NCBI GenBank assembly: GCA_024407725.1
Contig: JAKSVZ010000006.1
Location: 1-32,000, forward strand
DNA length: 32,000 bases
Direction of reading: 5' to 3'
Source: Opitutales bacterium
Lineage (GTDB): Bacteria > Verrucomicrobiota > Verrucomicrobiia > Opitutales > UBA9783
Part shown: positions 1 to 7,520 of the stretch, one piece after another
Layout of the letters: the number at the start of each line of letters is the position of its first letter
How positions within the stretch are numbered: position 1 is the stretch's first letter
Notes under the pieces: generated by a model
Databases searched by the model: none
Seen by the model: only the letters and a program-made list of their open reading frames with translations
Told to the model about the DNA's origin: nothing
Position numbers and translations under genes: made by a program

Positions 1-822
1 TCCTACTGATCCATCAAGCGGACTTTCAATCCATTCAAACTGCTTAATCCAATCCTTGGCGTTTCTTAAAAGCCACGCTTTTGCATGTGAAAACTGATGA
101 TATAAGCCCGATGCTTGCTCTAAATCCTTCTGCCATTGATTGCAATCTTCCCCTGTCGATTGTTTTCCCCACTCCCGTAGATAAATCCTAAAGTGATTCA
201 CGCTCCCATATTCCTGCCAATCCAGCCAAGCGCTCATCAAAAGCGGCAATGGGGTTTGTCTTAAAGGCGTTAGGTCGACCACCTCAGGACTTTGCGAACC
301 GATAATCATCTGCTGATTGGATTGCGTGTTGTGCATCATCCAAGCATAACCAAGCCCATCGCTTGCAATCGGTTCAGCGGATAAGGGAATTGCTGGCGCA
401 TCAGGCTCTAATTTCCGTTCAATATAAACCCATTCGGTAAAAACACCCGAAAACCGTTGAACTACTGTCTTGAGATTTTTTTCTGAAAAATAACCGAACA
501 AAACGCATCCTGTGGGTTGAATCGCTGCTGTTTGAGCTTCCCCTTCATGCTGATGCTGCCTCACATACTGCTCGAATGCTTCCTTCCAAGGAGCGTTGTT
601 TTTAAACAAATCGAACAACGCAGGGTCTTTACCCCCATGATAATGCTCATCCCAAGCAGCCCATGCCTCATAATCCATCCCATACAACGCCTTGCCTAGC
701 GACTGTGGCGTATCAATCGATACCGTTGCTCCTAACTCATCCGATGGGTAAGTTGCAAGGAACTGCTTTCGAAAAGCCTCATCCGGAACCACAATCCTCA
801 TTCCACGATGCACAGAATCCAT
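1..822 (-). CDS. hypothetical protein; the C-terminal part runs off the window edge
   Basis: I checked every minus-strand codon by hand. The frame is open from position 975 down to position 1, with no stop in 324 codons. The ORF track omits it because it runs off the edge. In-frame ATGs lie at 972, 918, 894 and 822. Translation from 822 reads MDSVHRGMRIVVPDEAFRKQFLATYPSDELG...WLDWQEYGSVNHFRIYLREWGK. I recognise no family. The start is uncertain. Confidence 0.6.
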   Translation of the reverse strand, partial: MDSVHRGMRIVVPDEAFRKQFLATYPSDELGATVSIDTPQSLGKALYGMDYEAWAAWDEHYHGGKDPALFDLFKNNAPWKEAFEQYVRQHQHEGEAQTAAIQPTGCVLFGYFSEKNLKTVVQRFSGVFTEWVYIERKLEPDAPAIPLSAEPIASDGLGYAWMMHNTQSNQQMIIGSQSPEVVDLTPLRQTPLPLLMSAWLDWQEYGSVNHFRIYLREWGKQSTGEDCNQWQKDLEQASGLYHQFSHAKAWLLRNAKDWIKQFEWIESPLDGSVG

Positions 823-859
823 GAGCCTTTGAAAAGCTTCCTTTGCTGATAGGCAAGAA

Positions 860-1612
860 ATGCGCTTGATTTCTAAAAAATTCTCAGCATTCATAAAAGA
901 GAAGGTTTCTTCTATCATGATAGTTAAGAAATTCTCGGTAAGACAATCCAACAAAAGTACTACCGTACGCATTCCCTACTGCAAAGGACTACAAAAGTGT
1001 TTTGGATTTACGCTCACCGAGCTTATGATTGTGCTATCTATCATAGGAATTTTGATGTCGAGCCTCTTTCCTCTGGGAAACAAAATCCTGCGAAAGGCGT
1101 ACATTTCCATCGACCTACAAAATGTTCATCAAGTGGCGCTTATCTATAGTGAAGTTTGGGGAGCGCATAGTATGCCCGATGATCAACCTATTACCAGCAG
1201 CAAACCGTTGATTTTCGAACTGGCTTATCGGCATCATTTAAACAACATCCGCTATTATTGCTCCAATCTACGCGCCCGAAAAAATTTGGCGGTTGTGGAT
1301 AAGGAAGGCCATGATTTAGGCAATCTCCAGCACAGCGATTACATCTTCTTATACCCTATTCCATCCGATGGCTCAGCGGATACCACCCCCATTTTGTTTT
1401 CAAAAGGCCTGCAAATTGATGGCACTTGGTCATCTGAAAGCCCCTATGGAGCTAGCGGCGGAATCATCGTATTCTTGGACGGCCATGCTAAATTTTGTAC
1501 CAATGCACAAGAAGTCTTAGTGGATTACCACACAGGCGAACCCATTCAAACCATGCAACAGGCAGTTCCTACGGGAGTCCATGCGTATGGATTCAACGGA
1601 ATGTTGTGGTAA
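860..1612 (+). CDS. prepilin-type N-terminal cleavage/methylation domain protein (pseudopilin-like)
   Basis: 250-aa ORF. It has the class-III signal motif KCFG|FTLTELMIVLSIIGILMSSLF (G-F-T-L-x-E plus a hydrophobic helix). The C-terminal GGIIVFLDGHAKF resembles the conserved tail of PVC-type pseudopilin-like proteins. The leader is long, and an alternative start exists at ATG 917. Confidence 0.7.
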   Translation: MRLISKKFSAFIKEKVSSIMIVKKFSVRQSNKSTTVRIPYCKGLQKCFGFTLTELMIVLSIIGILMSSLFPLGNKILRKAYISIDLQNVHQVALIYSEVWGAHSMPDDQPITSSKPLIFELAYRHHLNNIRYYCSNLRARKNLAVVDKEGHDLGNLQHSDYIFLYPIPSDGSADTTPILFSKGLQIDGTWSSESPYGASGGIIVFLDGHAKFCTNAQEVLVDYHTGEPIQTMQQAVPTGVHAYGFNGMLW

Positions 1613-2626
1613 ATGCAGAATCCCGCTACTACCAACCTAATCGCTTGGTTTAAGCAACACGCACGCCGCTTGCCGTGGCGTCAAAATCCATCCGTCTATA
1701 AAACCGTTGTGTCGGAATTTATGCTGCAGCAAACCCAAATTAAAACCATGCTGCCTTATTTTGAACGATGGATGCAGGAATTTCCATCCTTCCAAGCGTT
1801 AGCACAAGCTCCTCTGACCTCCGTTTTAGCCTTATGGTCGGGGCTCGGATACTATACACGGGCAAAGCACCTGCATGCGTTTGCGCAAACCTTTATCCAT
1901 CGACCCATAACCACCTATGCAGAATTACTGACCTGTACCGGCATAGGACCTTACACAGCCGCAGCCATTGCCAGCATTGCGTTCAACGAACCCGTCATGA
2001 CCATCGATGGCAACGTTATCCGTGTGTTAGCACGCTTGCTCAACCACTCAGAAGTGTTTACGAGCCAAGCAACTGCTCGCACTTGGGTACAACCTTATTT
2101 ACAACGGTATTTCGACAAAACCCACCCAGGAGTATTTAACGAAGCTCTGATGGAATGCGGCGCTACCGTTTGTACCAAAACGCATCCTTTGTGTCCCCAA
2201 TGCCCCTTACGCGTTGATTGCCAAGCTTTTAAGCACCATACCCAAAGCGCTTGCCCGCAGTTTCTTAAGACAAAGGAGCTTCAAAAGCAAAAACACCGCT
2301 TGTGGCATCTTAACACCAACGCCCTATTATTAGCCCCTTCTACGATTGCAACCCGCACCTCGGTAACCTTGCTCGAACTGCCTGAGTTAAGTCCTGAGCA
2401 GCGCACCCAATTACCGGAATTACAGCCCATTTTTACCGGAAAACGCCGCATCGGTAACACAACTTATACCGAAACGCTCTACCGCCTGCCTCCCTCTACC
2501 CCACTACCGACCAAGGTCATTCATCAATGGAAGGCTCAATGGCTTCCGATCCAAGCGCTCAACCAATACCCATTGAGCGGCCCGCATAAACGATGGATTC
2601 AAGCCATTTTAGCCTCTCTTAGCTAA
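1613..2626 (+). CDS. mutY: A/G-specific adenine DNA glycosylase MutY
   Basis: 337 aa. Contains LPWRQNPSVYKTVVSEFMLQQTQ, the HhH region LWSGLGYYTRAKHLH and the 4Fe-4S Cys cluster CTKTHPLCPQCPLRVDC. Its ATG directly abuts the upstream stop (TAAATG). Confidence 0.9.
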   Translation: MQNPATTNLIAWFKQHARRLPWRQNPSVYKTVVSEFMLQQTQIKTMLPYFERWMQEFPSFQALAQAPLTSVLALWSGLGYYTRAKHLHAFAQTFIHRPITTYAELLTCTGIGPYTAAAIASIAFNEPVMTIDGNVIRVLARLLNHSEVFTSQATARTWVQPYLQRYFDKTHPGVFNEALMECGATVCTKTHPLCPQCPLRVDCQAFKHHTQSACPQFLKTKELQKQKHRLWHLNTNALLLAPSTIATRTSVTLLELPELSPEQRTQLPELQPIFTGKRRIGNTTYTETLYRLPPSTPLPTKVIHQWKAQWLPIQALNQYPLSGPHKRWIQAILASLS

Positions 2627-2689
2627 CGTAAACAACACAGGGCATTTTAAACTTGCAACTTCGCCCAATGGTACTGCATTAATAGGATT

Positions 2690-2941
2690 ATGCCTACTTA
2701 CGATTATATCTGCAAAGCGTGTAACGAACGGTTGGAAATAAGTCATTCCATGTCTGAGGCACCTAAAACGATATGCCCCAAATGTAAGAAACCAACATTA
2801 AAAAAGCAATGGGGAACCGGAGCAGGGTTTATCTTTAAAGGCACTGGGTTTTATGAAACGGATTTCAAAGGCAACTCATCCTGTTCGAACTGCTCTAAAG
2901 GCTGCGGTAGTTCATGTTCGCAGTGCCATAAGACGGCATAA
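2690..2941 (+). CDS. FmdB-family (CxxC_CxxC_SSSS) zinc-ribbon protein with a Cys/Ser-rich tail
   Basis: 83 aa. The N-terminus MPTYDYICKACNERLEISHSMSEAPKTICPKCKKPTLKKQ is the canonical FmdB zinc ribbon. The tail is SSCSNCSKGCGSSCSQCHKTA. Confidence 0.8.
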   Translation: MPTYDYICKACNERLEISHSMSEAPKTICPKCKKPTLKKQWGTGAGFIFKGTGFYETDFKGNSSCSNCSKGCGSSCSQCHKTA

Positions 2942-2996
2942 TTTAGGACAAAGTTTTACGCATCTTAAGCCCCATCAGGCTAAGGATGCATTCCTT

Positions 2997-4043
2997 TTGC
3001 TAAACCAACTGGGATTTCATTATCAATCCGTTGGGGATAATACTTATGTTTTATACGCACCTAAGGGGATTCAGGTGCAAGATTTACAAGCGCTCGAATG
3101 GGCAACCGATTGCCATTGGGTTTTGGCAGAAAAGTCGTCTTTTTTAGAAAATCAAACGGAAGGTCCCGCCCCCACATTGCCCATTAAACCGTTATTTCAA
3201 GAGGCTCTTCAATTAAAAGCCTCCGATATTTTCATCAACCTAAGTCCTCCCAACGCTACCCTACAATTTCGCTGCCAACGTACGTTAACTGAACCCAAAC
3301 CGTTGGAATTTAAGCAAGGGCTCACCTACATCCGCAGTTTGTTGGCCATCAGCAACCTGACGCCGAACGAAAGCGTTAATCAACAGGAAGGGCATTGCCG
3401 CTATACCGACCACAACCAATCGTATTTTTGCCGCGTATCTTACTTATCTACTGCACATTCGCAAACCATCAACCTGCGTCTCTTCAACCCATCACTTTTT
3501 TCGTTCGACCTCCAGCGGTTAGCGCTCCCACCAGAATTATTACAGTTGTTAACCCAATCGCTGCCCCAATGGCGCAATGGAATGATCCTCATTTCCGGAA
3601 CAACCGGCAGCGGTAAAACCACCACGCTCTATACCCTAGGGCAATTTTTGTCGCGGCAAGGGAAACAGGTTATCTCGATAGAAGATCCGATTGAAGCCAT
3701 TCAGGATGATTGGGTACAAACGGAGATCAAGGAATCGATTGGTTATACCTTTGATGAAGCGCTTAAGTGCATTCTGCGGCAAGATCCCGATGTGGTGATG
3801 GTGGGTGAGGTGCGTGATAAACAAAGTGCCCAAGCCGCTTTTTACGCCAGTTTGGCTGGTTATTTAGTAATCGCAACGCTCCATGTTAACCACTTAGGGC
3901 TTACCGCAACCCGTTGCCAAGAATTAGGAATTGATTTAGGGGAATTCAAAAACAGTGTTCGTTTGCAAATTCACCAAACTTGGGACCCTAATACCCCTGA
4001 AAAACAACCCACGTTTGAGTGGGAGTTAACTTCAACCGACTAA
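2997..4043 (+). CDS. GspE/PilB-family secretion NTPase, short form
   Basis: Walker A is SGTTGSGKTTT, the Asp box is ISIEDPIE, Walker B is DPDVVMVGEVRD and the His box is ATLHVN. ASDIFIN sits upstream. The ORF opens at ATG 2853 but would then overlap the zinc-ribbon gene by 89 nt. The in-frame TTG at 2997 is preceded by AAGGA 9 nt upstream and is my preferred start. The stop is fixed at 4043. Confidence 0.75.
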   Translation: MLNQLGFHYQSVGDNTYVLYAPKGIQVQDLQALEWATDCHWVLAEKSSFLENQTEGPAPTLPIKPLFQEALQLKASDIFINLSPPNATLQFRCQRTLTEPKPLEFKQGLTYIRSLLAISNLTPNESVNQQEGHCRYTDHNQSYFCRVSYLSTAHSQTINLRLFNPSLFSFDLQRLALPPELLQLLTQSLPQWRNGMILISGTTGSGKTTTLYTLGQFLSRQGKQVISIEDPIEAIQDDWVQTEIKESIGYTFDEALKCILRQDPDVVMVGEVRDKQSAQAAFYASLAGYLVIATLHVNHLGLTATRCQELGIDLGEFKNSVRLQIHQTWDPNTPEKQPTFEWELTSTD

Positions 4044-4047
4044 TGTT

Positions 4048-4593
4048 ATGAAGCACTTCAACCAATACCGCCGCTATTTCATTTTGGCTCTAATGGTCTT
4101 AGGTTATCCGAATTTACACGCTGACGACCTTTTCGACGCCCTTAAAACCTATAAAAATCAACAGCACTTTGTTCTAGAAGACTTTCAGCCGGCTCATTAT
4201 CCCTATCGCTATCAGGGATGCATTGCGGGACTCAAAGGTACGCAATTTATTATCAAATCCGATGATGGTTCGGTAGGTATGCTATCGCTTAAGGAAACTT
4301 ATAAGGATATCACCTTGCTTCGTTACCTAAAGGATAGCGATTCCCTTGAGGTTAAAAGCTCAACGAGCGGCGTGTGTTATACACTCAAACTCAACTGCTA
4401 TACGTCGATTCCAAACCGTTTTACAGCAACGTTACGTGATAAGCGCTCGAACCAAACCTATCCTGTATCCGACCAACAGCTGGAAATTCCTCAAAGAGCA
4501 ACGGTTGTTCCCGCGCAAAACGGCACTGTGTTTTACATTGTGGAACATGAACCGGACAAAAATCCCTTAGCGTACAAAGCCTTAGAATTATAA
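4048..4593 (+). CDS. hypothetical exported protein
   Basis: 181 aa. The N-terminus looks like a signal peptide (MKHFNQYRRYFILALMVLGYPNLHA|DD). The ATG lies 4 nt after the ATPase stop. I recognise no family. Confidence 0.55.
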   Translation: MKHFNQYRRYFILALMVLGYPNLHADDLFDALKTYKNQQHFVLEDFQPAHYPYRYQGCIAGLKGTQFIIKSDDGSVGMLSLKETYKDITLLRYLKDSDSLEVKSSTSGVCYTLKLNCYTSIPNRFTATLRDKRSNQTYPVSDQQLEIPQRATVVPAQNGTVFYIVEHEPDKNPLAYKALEL

Positions 4594-4640
4594 TTTTTTA
4601 TATTTCCTTTTCCCCCGCAATCTCTACGCTAAGGTTGATT

Positions 4641-5741
4641 ATGTTAAGTGTAGGGATTGTTGGTCTACCGAACGTTGGCAAAAGCACCTTGTTCAACGCC
4701 ATCACAAAGGGTTATAACGCAGAAGCCGCTAATTATCCATTTTGTACGATTGAACCAAATGTGGGAACTGTAACCGTTCCGGATGATCGTTTGGGCGAAT
4801 TAGCACGGTTGGTTCATACCGAAAAAATCGTCCCAGCCGCTATTGAATTAGTGGACATAGCAGGTTTGGTTAAAGGAGCCAGCCAAGGAGAAGGCCTCGG
4901 TAACAAATTTTTAGCTCATATCCGCGAAACCCATGCGATTGTCCAAGTTGTTCGTTGTTTTGAAGACTCCAACATAACGCATACCCTAGACTCCATTGAT
5001 CCTGTCCGCGATATTGAAGTGATACAGACCGAACTTTTGCTCGCCGACCTTCAATCCATTCAAAAACAGCTCGATTCATGGGAGAAAAAAGCCAAATCGA
5101 ACGATAAGGTGGCTAAAAAAACGCTCGAATTACTCAAAAAACTAAATGAGCATTTAAATGCGGGTCAACCGGCGCGTACCTTACCGTTAGATCCAGAAGA
5201 AACAGAATATATTAAATCCTTCTGTTTGCTGACCCAAAAACCGACCCTATACGTCGGTAATGTGGCTGAATCTGATTTGCAAGATTTGAACGCCAATCCG
5301 CATGTACGTCAGCTGCAAGCGTATATAAAGGATCCCAATAGCCTTTGTTTCATATCCGGTAAGCTAGAATCAGATTTGCAATCACTGGCGCCCGATGAAG
5401 CCGCTCAATACCTTCAAGAGTTAGGGGTAAAAAACAGCGGTGCTCAGCAATTGATTCAAAGCGCCTATCACCTCTTGGGGCTTGCCTCTTATTTTACAGC
5501 AGGGCCTAAAGAAGTACGCGCTTGGACTTTTAAACTCGGCATGAAAGCCCCAGAATGCGCCGGTATTATTCATACCGATTTCCAAAAAGGATTTATCAAG
5601 GCTGAAATCCTATCCTACGAAGACTTTATTGCCTACAATGGATTTTTAGGCGCACGGGATAAGGGAAAGATTCGTTTAGAAGGTAAAGATTACGTATTCC
5701 AAGAAGGCGATATCGCCGTCTTTAAATTCAACAAAACTTAA
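4641..5741 (+). CDS. ychF: ribosome-binding ATPase YchF (Obg-like GTPase family)
   Basis: G1 motif [16 protein letters not shown], followed by [12 protein letters not shown], and a C-terminal TGS-like region [29 protein letters not shown]. The ORF track starts at TTG 4635. ATG 4641 with AAGG at 4631-4634 is more likely. Confidence 0.92.
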   Translation: MLSVGIVGLPNVGKSTLFNAITKGYNAEAANYPFCTIEPNVGTVTVPDDRLGELARLVHTEKIVPAAIELVDIAGLVKGASQGEGLGNKFLAHIRETHAIVQVVRCFEDSNITHTLDSIDPVRDIEVIQTELLLADLQSIQKQLDSWEKKAKSNDKVAKKTLELLKKLNEHLNAGQPARTLPLDPEETEYIKSFCLLTQKPTLYVGNVAESDLQDLNANPHVRQLQAYIKDPNSLCFISGKLESDLQSLAPDEAAQYLQELGVKNSGAQQLIQSAYHLLGLASYFTAGPKEVRAWTFKLGMKAPECAGIIHTDFQKGFIKAEILSYEDFIAYNGFLGARDKGKIRLEGKDYVFQEGDIAVFKFNKT

Positions 5742-5852
5742 AACATACCAATCAGCTTACCTAGGTATGCTCGTTCGCTAAGCTAACCCCCTAATCATCT
5801 CAATGCTTAGCGCCTTAATACTAAAATGCTCGTACGCATTCAAACTAAAAGA

Positions 5853-5881
5853 TTGACAGGTAGTCCGTCCTCTATTATAAT
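5853..5881 (+). promoter_or_regulatory. perfect-consensus sigma70-type promoter (TTGACA-17 nt-TATAAT) with no downstream ORF
   Basis: ttgaca at 5853-5858, an exact 17-nt spacer, and tataat at 5876-5881. The next gene (6027-7100) is on the opposite strand and converges on it. Confidence 0.5.
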
Positions 5882-5964
5882 CTTTTTGGATAGAAATTTC
5901 AGAGGACTAATAAGTTTATTATCTAAAATTATTTTTATTAGTCAATCTTAAAATACCTAAGAAA

Positions 5965-5987
5965 CGCGATCTAATGAGTATTTCGCG
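5965..5987. terminator. weak GC hairpin in the convergent gap; possible bidirectional terminator
   Basis: cgcga (5965-5969) pairs with tcgcg (5983-5987) across a 13-nt loop. On the plus strand ctcttttg lies a few nt downstream. On the minus strand tttctt follows. The stem is short, so this is weak. Confidence 0.3.
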
Positions 5988-6026
5988 AACCTCTTTTGAT
6001 TAAACAGCCCCTAAAAAAACAATCGT

Positions 6027-7100
6027 TTAATGAGCAGGCTGCGGGTAAATTTCAATCGAAGCGTTGTTGCGCAACTGTTCTACGAATTCACGATAACGCT
6101 TTTGTCCACTTTGCCGCTTTAAATAACGATCAATTTCGCTATAAACATCCGTATAAGCTTTTACATGAGCTTCTTGCTTATCTACCAGCGTACTAACCAC
6201 CCACAGATCGCCACTCTTTTGATACTGCGTATGACCCCCAACGGGTAATTTGCATAGCTCCGGATCAAGTTCCGTTTCATCATACCAAACCGGCTTGTTC
6301 TTAAAGCTATCTAAAAGCTTTTGCATCTTATCCAGCGCCATCTTCTTCATCAACAATTTCCGGAAGTAATTCCCCTTGGTCATTTCTCCGCTATCCGTTT
6401 GGATACTGTCAGAATCTTTAAATCCACTGTGTTGAATGCAGTAGCGCGCATTCACTTTAAATTGATCCAAATGGGTATCATAATACCGGCGAATCTTATT
6501 AGGCGCCACATGGGTTCCTTCGCGCATAATTTGTCCGCGCACAACATCAATAATAATGGAATTACGGATGTTTGTTTTAATGCCATACAAGGATTGCCCT
6601 TCGCTGCTCAATGCTTGATGCAAACGGCTGCGATCTCCTCTGAAATTCTTCTCCTCGATTCCTTCTAGTTCCAACTCAACATGGGCTTCAGGAATCTTTC
6701 CTTTGTTCTTTTCGAAATACTGTAAAACGAGCTGCGCTTCGATCAAGCTATCCAATGCCTTAGCGTACGACACATTCCAAGCATTCATGCGGTCATACAC
6801 CTCATTACAAAGAATAATCTTATCGTTAACCTGAGCAGCTTTTATCGCAAATGAATCAACCGGCGCAGTTGCTTTTGCAGGCATTTCAGGCACTTCCTGC
6901 TCAACTGGCTGCGGCTGTGCAGGCTTTTGTTCAGCGGCTGCCAAAGCCTTTTCTACCTCTTGCTTCTCTTTAACCTTGTCAGCGACTTCCGCTCTTGCTG
7001 CATCTGCTAACGCATTAATGGTTGCTGCTTGTAAGGCTCCCATTTGGAATAGCCCAACCAATACCCATGCAATAGATTTTAGCAACCTCATGTTATTCAT
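6027..7100 (-). CDS. SurA/PpiD-like periplasmic chaperone (parvulin-family-like, catalytic motifs not evident)
   Basis: 357 aa. It has a signal peptide (MNNMRLLKSIAWVLVGLFQMGALQA) and an Ala/Glu/Pro-rich linker. The N-terminal region is SurA-like (AAQVNDKIILCNEVYDRM..., IRNSIIIDVVRGQIM, VAPNKIRRYYDTH). The C-terminal helix is YREFVEQLRNNASIEIY. Confidence 0.55.
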   Translation of the reverse strand: MNNMRLLKSIAWVLVGLFQMGALQAATINALADAARAEVADKVKEKQEVEKALAAAEQKPAQPQPVEQEVPEMPAKATAPVDSFAIKAAQVNDKIILCNEVYDRMNAWNVSYAKALDSLIEAQLVLQYFEKNKGKIPEAHVELELEGIEEKNFRGDRSRLHQALSSEGQSLYGIKTNIRNSIIIDVVRGQIMREGTHVAPNKIRRYYDTHLDQFKVNARYCIQHSGFKDSDSIQTDSGEMTKGNYFRKLLMKKMALDKMQKLLDSFKNKPVWYDETELDPELCKLPVGGHTQYQKSGDLWVVSTLVDKQEAHVKAYTDVYSEIDRYLKRQSGQKRYREFVEQLRNNASIEIYPQPAH

Positions 7101-7130
7101 TTATTCTTAACAATCGACCGGAAAATTCGC

Positions 7131-7394
7131 TTATTTAGCCTTAAAAATAAGTGCGGACAAGCGGCTCTTCGTACGATTGGCTTTATTGCGATGCAAAACC
7201 CCATGTTTACGAGCCTTATCGGTTAAGGACATCACTTTAATCGCCAAAGTTTTGATTTGATCGGAATTTTTTGCTTCCTGAGCTTCCTTTAAATACTTCG
7301 TGTAGGTCTTTAACCGTGTCTTTTCGGCCTTATTTTTAGCCGTTAATTTTGCTATCTTACGAACAGATTTTTTCGATGATTTAAGGTTTGGCAT
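7131..7394 (-). CDS. rpsT: 30S ribosomal protein S20
   Basis: 87 aa and very basic. MPNLKSSKKSVRKIAKLTAKNKAEKTRLKTYTK...HRNKANRTKSRLS is typical of S20. Confidence 0.9.
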   Translation of the reverse strand: MPNLKSSKKSVRKIAKLTAKNKAEKTRLKTYTKYLKEAQEAKNSDQIKTLAIKVMSLTDKARKHGVLHRNKANRTKSRLSALIFKAK

Positions 7395-7520
7395 GAATAA
7401 TCTTTTCTAAAAAATTTTTGTTTCATTTCCCCAAACTATCCCACCCTTGTCAAGAGTGTTTTGCAAACAAGAAAAATTTAATAGCGTTTTATTTCGAAAG
7501 GTTTTTTGACTAAAAACATT

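Noticed and set aside
860-1612. Strict H-X9-DG motif in the pseudopilin-like protein
   Set aside because: The C-terminus has FLDGH, but the residue ten positions upstream of the DG is Gly, not His. I therefore describe only a resemblance and do not assign the H-X9-DG family.
1768-2139. 123-aa plus-strand ORF inside mutY in another frame
   Set aside because: It is entirely nested in the well-supported mutY frame. Its composition is odd (Ser/Arg/His/Cys-rich), as expected for an out-of-frame read. I recognise no motif.
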